Shown: positions 13,051 through 26,641 of the stretch, in pieces | Numbering within the stretch: the stretch's first letter is position 1 | How the letters are laid out: the number at the start of each line of letters is the position of its first letter | Origin: Octopus vulgaris | Taxonomy: Eukaryota | Assembly: GCA_951406725.2 (NCBI GenBank) | Contig: OX597814.1 | Coordinates: 86,862,001-86,926,000 of the forward strand | Length of the DNA stretch: 64,000 nt | Reading direction: 5' to 3' | Program-made: the position numbers and the translations under genes | The notes under the pieces: generated by a model | What the model saw: only the letters and a program-made list of their open reading frames with translations | Database searches by the model: none | Told to the model about the DNA's origin: nothing

Positions 13051-14026
13051 GGTTTCACTAAGTACATTCTCAAAATTCCACTTATATTCTTAACTTAGCA
13101 ACCTTTCATAACAATTTTTGCAAGTCTTTTTTTTTCTTCTTTAGTGCCATTGAGGTCAAGTCCATTAGTGTCATCTCAATGCATATCTCTCCAATGATAT
13201 CTTAGTTCATACAAATATACTGCCTTACCAATTTGGAATACTTCATACTTGTTATTTTCAATGTATAGAAAACTATTAAATTTCCACTTCTCAGTTTCTT
13301 TCTTAGCTAAATAAATATCTGAAACAATGGCCAGAATAAGAACTGTTTAATGTTCACAATACAGAGAAACAGGGAATTTTTGATAAGTAGGAGAGTTAGG
13401 GGCACAACAAAGGCAAAACATTATTTTAGATAAATTAACAAAAGATGCTTTAAATCCAAGAAGCTAGAAATTTTTGTTTGGCACTAAAAATTATATTGTT
13501 TTAAACACATGTCATGAGGATTTAAATATACAAGTTTTGCAAAGGAAAGTGTAGAATGTAAAAGACAGATGTTGGGAGGGTTGAAAGAGAATATTTTGTA
13601 AGTTAGAGATAGATCAGGAAGATATCTGTCCAATAGTTTTATCGTCATATTTAACTTTCATGGAAAATGTCCTTATCCATTATTAAGAAACAAGTGTAGA
13701 AATAAAAAACAAACAATTGATAGGTTAAATTCCCTCACTGTTTACCATAAGGAATATATTGGCTTTTAAGTGAGCCTTTCATAATTATACTCTCTTGTTG
13801 GGCAATAGTTATAAATAGGAGAAAGAAAATAATACTATACTGTACATCAATTCTTAGCAATAGAAAATTTGGTCTCTGTTGGAAAACTTCATACACCAGT
13901 ATCCTCTAGTGAAATGTCAGTATTTTAGAGGAAATAAAAACTATAGAGTGAACTTACTAAGTATTGTAAGAGTCATTTAACCGAATACATCCACTATAAA
14001 CCCACTGAACTGATAAACAGTATATA

Positions 14027-16685
14027 CAGTAGTCCCCTGGTATTTATGGGTTTACGTTCCTAGAGCACCCACAAATAGTGAAAAGCCATAAATATTGGAT
14101 GTGGTCCATAAAAATGCCTTTAAATTGCAAAATATGATGTAATACACACACACGTACACACATAAATATTTAATAGTAATTTAATAAAAAAATAAAGTAA
14201 ATTGTATGGTTATTCACCAATAATGAATGATATTGATTTAAAATTATGATAATGAAAATAATGTTGGTGATGACTGCACAGTAAAGAAAATTTAAAGCTC
14301 TTTAGGTGATGGCTATTCTTCAGGTGTTTTAGGTGATGTCATATCTTTGTGCAAGGTTTTCATGGTGGCCTTGAGGAAAATTGCGATGAGAAGTTGCTGT
14401 CATTTCTTCATGGTGGTGAGGAGAGTTTTATATGACTGCATGGCAGCATCGATGGCATTTATAAATTGGAGAGACCGAACCATATAAGGATCCCATACTT
14501 CCACCTTCCCTTGCAATTCCTTTGCTGTCCTTAAAAGGTCAGACAGACATTCAACTACCAGGCCCACCTCATCCTCCTCTTCTTCTGGATCTGGCATTTC
14601 CTCCTCCTCTTTGCTGGCAGACTTTGTTAACTCCATTAAATCTTTGTCTGTCAGAGTTTCAGAGTGGGCATCAATGAGGTTGTTAATTTCATTTGTGTGA
14701 TGTCGTCAAAACCTTTACCAAGTACCTTTGCCAGTTTCACCGCATTATTGACAGCCTCATGCTAAATATCTTCAAGTAAGAAGCCCTCGTAGTCCTAGAC
14801 ACACATTCTTTCAGCATACAATGAAGGTTTCTGTTTTCATGTTTTTAAGAGCAGCGTGGATGACTGACAGTCATGTTGTGATCGTGAAGTTACACCAGTG
14901 CTCTTTTAACTTGAAATTCTCATCTGAATCCATTGCGTTCACAAGGTGTTTGAGCACACCTTGATCCATAGGCTGGATGAGGGAGATGGTATTGGCAGGG
15001 AGGAACTCGATTTGGACTCCCTCTTGATTCAGATCCAAAGAGTGACCACCAGCATTATCCATAATAAGCAACACCTTGAATTCCATGCATACGTTTTGGA
15101 GGTATTCCTTGGCTTGAAGGATGAAGCATTGGTGGAACCAATTCAAAGTTAGACTTTTGGTAATCCAGGCCTTGGGATTGTGCATCCAATGGACAGGCAG
15201 TAGGTTTTTATTCTTATTTTTGAAGGCCCTCGGGTTTGCAGATTTGTAGATAAATTCTGGTTTCATCATAAAGCCAGTAGCATTGCCACACATAATTTGT
15301 CCTGTGCCTTAAATCCTAGGACTCTGGCTTCATCCTTCATGATGTATGTTCTGGAAGGCATCTTTTTCCAGAACAAGCCAGTCTCGCCCATATTGAAAAC
15401 CTGTTCTGGCTTGTATCCCTTGTCCTCAATGATCTGCCTGAAGGTCTCAAGGTATTTCTCGGTAGCTTCCTTGTTGGCTGATACTCTCTCTCCATGCAGG
15501 GAAACACATTTCATTTTAAACCGTTTCTGGAAATGGTCAAACCATCCCTTGCTGGCTTGAAAATCTTCAAGCTCCAGTGCTGTCAATGGTCTTGGTTGCA
15601 GTTCCTCAGTGCCTTCTGCTCTGTCTCCTCTGTCGAACTGCTGGTATAATTTCGGCGCTTTTCTGCGAATGATGTTATTGCTCAAGGGAATGTTCTTCTT
15701 GCAGTCACTGATCCACAATGCCAAGGCAGATTCCATCCTGATGAAGTGCTTGTTTCTCACTATCGTTATCTTTTTGTCACTTTCACAGAATCTTACTGCT
15801 ATGGTAGTCCTGATTGCCACCTCGTTCTTCTCTATGTAGTGTATGGTGCATTCATTGACAACATAATAGTGACCTACTGCTGCATAACTTTACTGCCAGA
15901 AGCCTTAGAAGGTGTAGGGTGTTTGGGTGGCATCTTAGGGCTTTAATAACATACTGTGAAAAACACAGCACTCAACAAAATACTTGAGATAGCTACTGGA
16001 CGCAGTTTTTTTCCCCCAAACCTACAAAATATTCCTTTCATCTAATATGCACATACCACCAATGGGAGATTGAGCAGAGATTAAAAAAATAATCATGGCT
16101 TTGAAAAATTTAGTTTGTATTACCACTTAGATACAGTAATCTATACTATAATAATAAGAGAGAGAGAGAGAGAGAGAGAGATCGGGACAGGCAAGTAATC
16201 TAATTTCAATGATGCTATATTAGCTCACAACCTTAAAAATTATCCTGTCGAAATAAACAGTGTGTATGATCAAATGTAGCGATTAATGTTCAGTATTGTG
16301 TTGTATATATCTTTGATCTGTCATTGGCAGCCAGTGTGTATGTGTGAAATAAAGATAGATGTCACTATACTAATTAGCAAGCTTTGATTGAAAGCAGGAA
16401 TAAGAGATACAAGACACAGTGTACTTGTATTTAAAACAATCAAGTGATTTCATGCATGGCTATTCTAATCAGAGGGAGCTTCAATTCCAAAGGGGCATCC
16501 AGTAAGTTGGAAAATACGGTATATTGTTATTAATAATTTAGCCTTAGAAAGTGTAAAAAAATATATATTGCCATGAAAAAAACCCATAAAAAATCACAGA
16601 TGATAGTTACAATTCTGTGAACAATTATTAGTTCCACAAATAACTGGGAATGAATGCTAAATCGTGAATAAGCAGGGATACATTG
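14027..16685 (-). mobile_element. Tigger/pogo (Tc1-mariner) DNA transposon, decayed
   Basis: TA|CAGTAGTCCCC left end and GGGATACATTG|TA right end; internal transposase. Confidence 0.8.
14400..15933 (-). pseudogene. Tigger-like transposase (CENP-B HTH plus DDE_1), frameshifted
   Basis: FQASKGWFDHFQKR, VFNMGETGLFWKKMPSRT, LLIMDNAGGH and LPANTISLIQPMDQG across three ORF pieces; ATG (MPPKHP) at 15933. Confidence 0.92.
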
Positions 16686-17284
16686 TACTGGTAAAGACAG
16701 CCAAGGTTTGTTAGTTTAATCTCAGTGGAAAAATTTACCTTGTAAGTTGTTTAACCAGATTGTTTCCCTTTTGTATAAGAATGATATTCTCATGGCATTC
16801 CTTATGGCATTCCTTCTCATGGCATTCCCTAAAAAGCTAAATCTCTTTGAAACATGATTAATCAGATTTTCATTAGCATAGAGAGGAGGAGTAGCTAAAG
16901 TGTTATCATTACAGCTCAAGAGTTATGAACTCATATCCCATCATTGTCATTGTGTCTTGAGTGTAAAGCAGTAAAAAAATTCTCCAACATTATCTGTATA
17001 TATGAAAGGCAGGATGTATGTGTGTGTGTGTGTGTGTGTGTACGTGAATGTAGTTTATGCACATCCACAAATTAGTACACATGTCGCTCAAGTTTTAGGA
17101 GGACATTCATCATGACCCTGGCTGTATTTTCGTCAAATTATTTTCCCCTGAGGCACTAGCAAATAGTGGTAAAAATAATTTTAACCATAACTTCTAACAA
17201 TTTTCAAGTCGGAGAAATACATCATCATTTGCAAATATGAGTTAAGTCCCCTTCTAGCAACAGTGTAAAGAGAGGGAGGGAGAG

Positions 17285-17316
<32 letters not shown>

Positions 17317-17493
17317 AGATAGAGATAACAGATTTTTTAAAATATCGTCTTTTTAGTGAGTGATTGACATGCAAAAACAGAAAGACAGGGGTTGTCATGT
17401 ATGTATGTGTGAATAGCTTCAGTCATACACACACACTCATGTGAACATGTATGCGTACAAAACACATGTATGCAATGTGCGTGTGTGTGTTGT

Positions 17494-17540
<47 letters not shown>

Positions 17541-17963
17541 ATATAAATGATATTCGCCGTTTCTCCACAACTCATTTCCAAATTAGTGAATCCGTTGCTC
17601 TACTCATTGCAACATATAGCTGGTCATGCATGAACATGGGAGAGAGCCGAAGTTACCAGAGCAAAAATCCTAAGTGTTGACTGTAGACATGCTCCTTCAT
17701 AAACAATCAGCTACTATTTTGTAAACAATGTTTCGAAACTGTTCATGTTTTTGAAAGGAGAGATCTAACTCTCACATCTCTGCAGGAGAAAGTAGGCATC
17801 TCTATTCCTCTTTCAAAACTTACGTCTAGATGCCAAATTTGCTTCAATTGATGGTATTACTCAGGTAGGTGGGGACAGGGGTAGGGGCAAGGGCATACAA
17901 AAACATGTATGCAATAGGTGTATGTACGTATATGTTTGTGCTTGTGTGTGTTGTGTATGTTGC

Positions 17964-17997
<34 letters not shown>

Positions 17998-19048
17998 TTG
18001 TGATCTAGACATAACTGCTTCTCACACAGAGGATCAAGAGCCCTTTTGGGCACTCTATTTTCTTTGCTGGAAGGGTTCCCAACACATGGGCAAAGTGGGA
18101 GTTACATGATTGGAGTGGTGTTTTCAAAAGGGTTGGTATATGCAACTTGATCACCTCTGCTGATCAAACTCCCAACCCATGCACTCCTGTTGCGACACTG
18201 ATTCTGCAGAACTGGGTTGGGTATGAAAGCCAACTTTAAAGTATAAATATAGATGTTTTTGAATCAGCAATGTTTGGTTAAGTCCTATTTGGGGTGAAAA
18301 ATCAATAAACTGATTCCTTATGGGGTTTTCCATTTAATCAGAATAAAAAAAATTGATAAACAAATTCCTTAAAGGACTTCCCACTAAAATTGGTTACACC
18401 CCATTTTCAACCATAACGTCTATCAATTTTGATGTATTTTGTTCAAACTTGATGCCAGCATTACTTAGGACTCATGAGATCTTTGAATCCTTTAAGTTCT
18501 CCAAAAACAAAAACAATAAAAAAAAAATCGATGAGTGGAAAAAAATCAATAAACCAATTCCTTAAGGGATTTCCCAATCAAATTGTCTGCAACTCATTTT
18601 CAGCCAAAAGTTTACCAATTTCAATGGATTTCACTCAAATTTGACGTCGATGTTACTTAATTTGGTTTGAAATAAAGAGCTTGATTAGCTTAATAATCCT
18701 AACTTAATCTTGAGCAAAGCCGGGCTGTACTATAAGTTAGCAATAAAGTAACAGAAAAATTCAACTTAGTGCTGTAAAAGTAAACTAAAATTGTCAGATA
18801 ATTTCGTGGTTAACAGAGGCTGGGATCAAATCCATTTACATAAAGATGAAAATGAAATTATCTATAATTAGACATTTAAAATTTCCTTAGTGTAGAGTCA
18901 AACTAATTCTAACACTTGGTTTTGCCAATTTTTCATTTGATGTTTCAAGTCTATACTCTTCAACAGAAAGGATTGAGAGTACAAAAAATGGAGTGAGAAT
19001 GAAAAAATGAAGAGAGAAAAGAATGTGAAGGGATTAATGGTTCATATA

Positions 19049-19925
19049 CAGCATGCGGTGAATAAACTGTTGTCTAAATTATGCAAAAATGAAAATAACA
19101 CTGACATCTCATTTTAACAGATATATTTACCAAAATTACATTAAAAATTCTTGAAAAACTAAAGACTAAACTTATTCAATAAAATTGCTATTGGCTCCAA
19201 CCACAGCCTCCAGAAAACTTCGGAATTTCCTGCAACTCTTCTGGATGGTTTAAGTTGGTGAATGCTGTCATAATCCTTGCCTTCAGTTCATCTTTGGTTT
19301 TACGAGGTGTTTTGCTGGTCTCTTACTCAACTGTGCCCCATGTACAATAATCAAGGGGGTTGCTGTCTGGGGAATTAGGTGGGCAGATATTAGGGATGAT
19401 GTGGTCACAGAAACTGTCTGACAGCCATGACTGGGTTCTCCTGCTCATGTGGCATGGTGCATAGTTCTGTTGCTGGATATAGGGTCTTTCAGCAGCCACC
19501 CTCTTCACCCAGAGCAGCACTACCTCCTCCAAGCACTTGATGCAGGCCTCTTGACGTTGAGTCTGATGTTGAGTCTGAGGCCATGTGGGAAGATGAATGG
19601 AGGCATAATGTCACCATCACAAGTGATCCTTCCAAACACCATGATGTTGACTGGATGTTGGATTTTTATCACTCTTGGTACATGTCTTCAGACTGACACC
19701 CAAACACTCTGAAATGTTCATATTGGAGCTTTTGGTGTGAATACCAAGCAGTACAGCATGTCATTTCCAAATTTCTGGCACAGTGAATTGCGTCATGGTG
19801 GTGTTTTTCTCAGACAGTGCCCAACTGACCCTACTTTACTGTGTAGTCGACAAAATCCAAAACAAACAATGTACATGCACAAAATTAAAAATATAAAATG
19901 GTGATAATTTACTTATCATACCCTG
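19049..19925 (-). mobile_element. Tc1/mariner maT-type (DD37D) deletion derivative
   Basis: QQNYAPCH...PPNSPDSNPLDY has 37 residues between the last two catalytic positions; diverged TA|CAG...CTG|TA ends. Confidence 0.8.
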
Positions 19926-20203
19926 TATATATATATATGTATATATATATAATGTATGTATGTATGTATGTATGTATGTATGTATATATCTATATATGTG
20001 TTTGTTTTTGTGTTTGTCCATCACTGCCACTTGACAACCAGTGTTGATTTGTTTACATCCCCATAACTTAGTGGTTTGACAAAAAGACACTGATAGAATA
20101 AGCACCAAATTTTTAAAAAGTATCAAGGTGGATTTGTTCTGTAAAACCCTTCAAGGAGGTACTCCAGCATGGCAGGAGTCTAATGATAAAAAAACAAAAG
20201 ATG

Positions 20204-20364
20204 CTGTATCTTAACATGTATAAGGAACCCCCAAATTTTGGGGGCTTAAAATTTGGAAAAAGGGTTTTGTAAGGGATTATAATGCTATCCATGTAAAAGA
20301 AACTCCCATATTCTTTTGACCTAATTTTTGACAAAAAAGGGTTCCTTATACATGTTAAAATATG

Positions 20365-20367
<3 letters not shown>
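20204..20367. mobile_element. Small MITE with about 27-bp TIRs
   Basis: ttaacatgtataaggaaccc ... gggttccttatacatgttaa. Confidence 0.7.
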
Positions 20368-20418
<51 letters not shown>

Positions 20419-20857
20419 GTGTATATACACACACACACACATATATATGTATATGTGTATATATATATTATATCTATGTGTGTGTGTGAATCTTTGTGTT
20501 TGTGTTTGTGTTTGTCCCCCACCACTGTTTGACAACTGCTGCCAGTGTGTATGTCCCTGTATGTAGCGGTTCAGCAAAAGTGACTGATAGTATAAGTACT
20601 AGGCTTTAAAATTAAAGTAGTGGGGTTGATTCATTTGACTAAAAAAAAAATCACCAAGACTGTGCCTCAGCATGGCTGCAGCCTAATGACTGGAACAAAT
20701 AAAAGATAAAATATATATATTGTCAAAGGTATGGTTGTGTGCAAAAGAAATTTGCTTCCCAACCACATGATTTTGGATTTAGTCCCACTATATGACATTT
20801 GGGCAGATGGTTTTTACTATAGTCCTGAGCTGTAGCATGCATATGATGTGTGTATAA

Positions 20858-20901
<44 letters not shown>

Positions 20902-21144
20902 GCGTGTGTGTGTGATTTCTTGTCTTGAAATTATATGGTGCTTGTAAATGAGTATGGCCATCATACAAGCAATGTTGTTCGTTTTCAATCATGCATGAAA
21001 AGCATGTATGAACAAGGGGAAATATTACCTTGTTTTGGTCATAGAAAATGTCCCTCAACAAATTCTCTCTGAACTATGCAAGCATAGAAAAATGGATGTT
21101 AAAACAATGACATATATATATGTGTGTGTATATATGTATGTGTG

Positions 21145-21198
<54 letters not shown>

Positions 21199-21310
21199 TA
21201 CTGTAAGTTTAGAGTGAATACTTGATAAGTGTAAGCACCTGTATATGCCAGATAGTGGCAGAGGTGAGAGAATATATCAAGCATAAATTAAAAACAGAAC
21301 ACAAAGGATA

Positions 21311-21410
21311 TTGTGGTACACGTGTTTCAAGCTCTATGAACAATCTGTTATTACATCAGCATAGGTATATTATTGATATAAAAGATGTTTAAAGCTCTCT
21401 TCAGCCACAA
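21311..21410 (-). ncRNA. Type I hammerhead ribozyme of the Penelope element
   Basis: Minus strand UUGUGG-CUGAAGA-GAGCUUUA...UAGAGCUU-GAAA-CACGUG-UA-CCACAA: complete core, 6-bp stem I, about 69-nt stem II, palindromic minimal stem III. Confidence 0.8.
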
Positions 21411-23408
21411 ACATTGTTAGTCCAAAGATTACATCACAAAATAAAAAAGTACACGTAGTATTAACCATTGTAATAGGTTTATCATATCTCTTTGAAAAGG
21501 TATATTTGCATAAAGGTTTGTTTTATTTCAAAAATCTGTCCATACTGTACCACCATTCGGCATAGAGTGAATGTTAGATAGATTGGATTGAGTTTATATT
21601 TAATTAGCGTGTATAAGATAGAAAGAAAAAATAAAAGTTAAAAAATAAAGTAAGAAATAAAAGTAATAGAAGTAAAAACAAGAGTAATAAAATCAAAAAT
21701 AAGGATAATAAAGTTAGATACACATATAAATAAGATTTAGCAAAATTTGGAATAAAGTAACAAAAGAAATAAAAATATAAGTAGAATAAGAGATAAAGAG
21801 ATAAAATACTATAGAGCTGAGAACAGGATGTTGGCTTTGATGAGATGATAGTGGTCATAAATAATTTCTTAGTTTGAACACTCATTGAATTATAGATTAA
21901 GGTTGTAATTTGATATCATTGTGATGAATGGTCAGTTTACCCAAAATCACAACTAAAAATTACTAGCTTTATAAATTTATCTATTACATTGGTCCATCCA
22001 CTTACTTAGAAGTCATAGTATCTGTGTATACACACGCATATGTGTGTATACACATGCACTCATACAGATATATATGCTAACATGCTCGAGCGTATACAAG
22101 TACGCCTCATTATGCACAGCTATAAATACATGAATCTACACATACATCTCCACACATAAATACAGTTATGCCCTAGTAAACATATACATACTCTACCATA
22201 TCCACATATCCTTAAGCACACGTACAGATATAGATATATATATCTCCATGTATAGCATCCGCATACATTCACACACGTCCATCCATGTATACACTCATAC
22301 AAAACACCTTACAATGTATATCTTGTTTTTGAGTACGTAACAGTTATATTTAATATACTATTCTCAATAGATTGAGTTCCATATATTTAAAAGTTTTAAA
22401 AGAGGTTTTTTTTAGATCTGTCTATGACAAATCCAGTAGATCTGGTATTAAGTAACAACAAGTTGAAATGAGGGATAATCAATAAAGGAAATGATTTAAA
22501 AGAAAAGAAATAAATATAAGTGATAAAAGGAGTAGCAAAAAAGAAAAGAAATAAATATAAGTGATAAAAGTGAGTAGCAAATTACCAATAAATGAAATAA
22601 TTGATATAGAGATATAAGGTTCTATAGGAATAGAGTTTTGTAAAAATCATTTTTAAAAAATAGAGTTTTACAGGAATCATTAAAAAAAATAATAGTGAAA
22701 GAGCATTAGAAGTAGTAAAAATACTGACAGAATAAACCAGTGATATTAGAAAGGTGTTGTAAGATATCAAAAATATCAAAATCCAGCAAATATATTTGGA
22801 AATGCATAAAAGGTATCTGAGGTTAAAAGTAAAGTGAAAATGTAAAGAATAAAATAAAATGAAATGAAAAGATGGAAGTTAAAAATAAAATATGAAGAAA
22901 AATTATAATGACAGTAATAATATAATAATATAATAGTAATAATATAGTGATTGGAAAAATATAGTGATTGGAGAAATTTCAAGTCTATCCACTTGTGTAA
23001 ATTATACTCCTATTTTTTATTGTTTAGGAAATGTTATATGAAGTTAAAAAAGTCTAGGTTCCTATCCACTCATGATTACTAATATAATATTGTTTTAAAC
23101 ATTATTGAAGTTATTAGTGTTGGCTAATAGGACCTACGTGTATGGTAGTGATATTCTAAATTTTAGAGTCAGTGACTAAATTATTTAGACATGTTCTCTA
23201 TAAATAAGTCTAAAGTCCTCGGATTGTTTAATATGTGTGTACTATATGGGGTCAGAATCTAGCTAGGCAAAAGTAAACCGAATAAGTAACTAGTTGGGGA
23301 TAAGCTCAGGAGTTGTTAATTCAATGCCTGAATAGTGGCAGGAGGGAGCAGATGATGGAATTTCCAACGAGAGAAGATCATGAAGGGATTAAAATTGATA
23401 ATGGAGAC

Positions 23409-25320
23409 TTAAGGCTTATAGTATTTAAAGGTTTTAGTCAATTTATGCATACAAGTTGGTTTGAATTCTGATCTTTTATTAACTAGCTTGTCCTCAGGGA
23501 ATCTAATGATTTTCAAGAGTTCTAAGGAACATAACTGGCAACCAGTTCTATTATTTTTATAAATCGCTGCCTATCCAACTATGGACCATTTAAAGTTAAA
23601 GTTAATATTTCCGTCTTTAAGTTCCCATATCCTACGCGATAAGGAAGTGCTATTAGCCTTATGTTTGAGTCTAAATGATGACCTATGGTTATAGAACCTA
23701 GATTTCCAGGCATTTGAACAACCAATGTAGGTGAGAGTATTCAATTCTGTAATTATTTCACAAAAGTAGACTATGTTTTTTGCGAGGCAGTTTCCACGTA
23801 AAGGACATGTTGTTGTTACACGATTGCACCCAAATTTATAATTGCCAGGCCGTCTGTTATTTGCATGTGGAAGGTAAATGTTGATAGAATTGTTATCATG
23901 GTTACTTCTAGGGTAGTTAGAGTCTACGCCTACACTGTCATTACTATTATTGTTATTATCTCTATTGGTGTTGTTCAAAGTTTTCCTACCTCTATTCTTT
24001 CAACCGGTAATACTGATTCTGGATCTATTAGCCATATCAACATTATTATCAATTATATTGGTATTGTGACTAGTATAATTATTGTCGCAATTACTGTTTG
24101 AGGTGGAACGAGTTATTCTATTAGTAGTAGCAGTAGCGTCATTTAACATGGCAGTACTATAGGGTGTGCCACTAATCTGTGTTGGGTCTGGGTTTATTGG
24201 TTCATCTAGTACACTGTGATTCGATATTGGGATAGGATTATTGGGCCTACCACTGTTACTAACATTATAATTACTGCTATTACTACCATTATCAACAATG
24301 TTATTACTATCAGGATCATTACTATAGTAATTATTGTTTCTGTTATTATTATTATAGTTATTGTTACTATTATTAATATAGCCACTGTTGTTGTCAATAC
24401 TAAAATCATTATTTAAGGAACTGCTATCAGTTATCTCTATGTTGTTAACCAGGTGGTTAGACACCATAGGTGCAGGAATAACAACTTGGTTATTGTTATT
24501 AATTTGGATACTACCATTATTAGTTCTTGGACTATTGGGGTTAGAGTGATTATTATTGTTTGCTCTTAATCTAGCTTTTTTTATTCTGGTTTTATTATGC
24601 TTAGATATGAGGCATTTCATATTGGGGAGAGTCGAATATGAGATTCTAATAGTTTTAGTGGATAGAATACTACTATATTTATGAGTGGGTAGAAAGTTAT
24701 TGGATATAATTGAAAATATTTTCTTGCATAATTTTCCTGTAACTGCAACATTATATGTTATGTTATACCATATATAGTTGTGTAATTTACAGTTCTTACA
24801 TTTAGGAATTCTTTTATTGTTAGTGTTACTCTTATCGGTAGGGTTTTCCCTAACTGAATTTTTATCGGTGTGATTTCTTTCTTTATGTTTTTTGATCTTA
24901 ACCTCATTTGTATTTATGCTGGTTGTATCTGTGCTTTTATTAGACCTATTTACTTTACCTCCGTTTAAAGAACCAACTCTAGAATCTCTAATTTCTTTAT
25001 ATGACGGAGCCTTATTAATGATGAATGCTCTGGGTGGTTTATCATTTAAGTTTTTAACAATTAAGTTTTTAACAAAAGAGATTTTCTGGGGGTACCCAGT
25101 GTTAGAGAGAGCTTGATTATAATGATGCGCATGATCACTGAAAATATTTTGGTTTGAGGATAACCTAGATAGTCTATCGGAAACAGCCTGGACTGTGGTA
25201 TTAATTATACAGGGTGGGTGATTAGATGATGTGCCAATATAACTTGTGGTTTCTTCTGGCTTTCTATAAGGGTAGTGAAGTCCTTTATCTATGTCTAATG
25301 CAGCATCTAAAAAATTAATA
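23409..25320 (-). pseudogene. Penelope-like RT C-terminus, Asn-rich linker and GIY-YIG endonuclease; one frame with two point stops
   Basis: INFLD..YRKP..SNHPP..RLSRLSS; CPLRGNC..IVY..YIG..RFYNH..LSRRIWELK..CQLC..NKRSE..CMH; in-frame TGA at 24000-24002 and TAG at 23571-23573; final TAA at 23409-23411. Confidence 0.9.
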
Positions 25321-25630
25321 ACAGATTGTTCATAAAGCTTGAAACACGTGTACCGCAATATCCTTTGTGTTCTGTTTTTAATTCATGTTTTATATATATA
25401 TATATCCAGAGGTGATGCAGTACAACCGTTTCAAGCAGCTCCATTAATTGAACAATGCAATCATATATATATATATATTAGCTTTTATTAAAACTAAAAA
25501 TTTTATTACAAGTTATTACTTCTATTTGTTATTACTTGTTACTTCTATTATAAATAAAAAAAATATATGAAAATATTTTTTGCACTTTACAAAAATTCCT
25601 TTTTTTAGGGGATCATTGTAGTTGTGATCC

Positions 25631-25672
<42 letters not shown>

Positions 25673-25674
<2 letters not shown>

Positions 25675-26094
25675 TCTTTTACTCTCTTACTTGTTTCAGT
25701 CATTTGACTGCGGCCATGCTGGAGCACCACCTTTAATCGAGCAACTCGACCCCTGGACTTATTCTTTGTAAGCCCAGTACTTATTCTATCAGTCTCTTTT
25801 TGCCGAACTGCTAAGTGACGGGGACGTAAACACACCAGCATCGGTTGTCAAGCGATGTTGGTGGGGACAAGCACAGGCACACACACACACACACACACAC
25901 ATACATACATACATACATATATATACATATATACGACAGGCTTCTTTCAGTTTCCATCTACCAAATCCACTCACAAGGCATTGGTTGGCCAGGGGCTATA
26001 GCAGAAGACACTTGCCCAAGATGCTGTGCAGTGGGACTGAACCCGGAACCGTGTGGTTGGTTAGCAAGCTACTTACCACACAGGCACTCCTGCG

Positions 26095-26096
<2 letters not shown>
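25673..26096 (-). mobile_element. Full-length tRNA-derived SINE with a CORE-like segment and internal microsatellite
   Basis: Minus strand GGCGCAGGAGTGCCTGTGTGGTAAG...GGTTCAGTCCC...CTTGGGCAAGTG. Confidence 0.85.
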
Positions 26097-26135
<39 letters not shown>

Positions 26136-26169
26136 TCATTTAACGTCCGCTTTCCATGCTAGCATGGGT

Positions 26170-26220
<51 letters not shown>

Positions 26221-26309
26221 GGAAATTCATGAAAAAAACAAAAGACAAAGACAGGTGGTGTAGAAAACAAACATATATATATATATATGTATATGCATAT
26301 ATATATATG

Positions 26310-26354
<45 letters not shown>

Positions 26355-26369
26355 CAAACACACACACAC

Positions 26370-26560
26370 ATATATGCATATATGAGTACAGGACGTCACC
26401 AATAGTTAATAACACAAAATATGAAGGGGCATTCTTTATGTTACTTGTTCTGTTTTCCATTTTTTCTTTCGTTGTTTGTGTATTGAACTCATTTGTTTTC
26501 ATATTCCGTGTTGTTTACTGTTGGTGACATCCTGTACCCATATATGCATATATATGTATG
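26370..26560. repeat. Inverted-repeat element with about 60-bp arms in a (TA)n field
   Basis: atgagtacaggacgtcaccaatag...aatatgaa pairs with ttcatatt...ctgttggtgacatcctgtacccat. Confidence 0.75.
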
Positions 26561-26607
26561 TATATATATATATATATATATATGCATATATAAATATATT
26601 ATTTATA

Positions 26608-26641
<34 letters not shown>

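Larger units (their letters stand above)
21198..25390 (-). mobile_element. Penelope-like retroelement (C-terminal GIY-YIG), 5'-truncated, with an inverted terminal segment, between (TA)n tracts
   Basis: RT C-terminus plus GIY-YIG ORF; hammerhead near the 3' end; 25318-25388 is the reverse complement of 21282-21352. Confidence 0.88.

Noticed and set aside
24000-24002. In-frame TGA in the Penelope ORF as selenocysteine
   Set aside because: Selenoprotein PLEs (Naiads) have an N-terminal endonuclease; this one is C-terminal. The TGA lies in a low-complexity linker, a TAG also breaks the frame, and I saw no SECIS.
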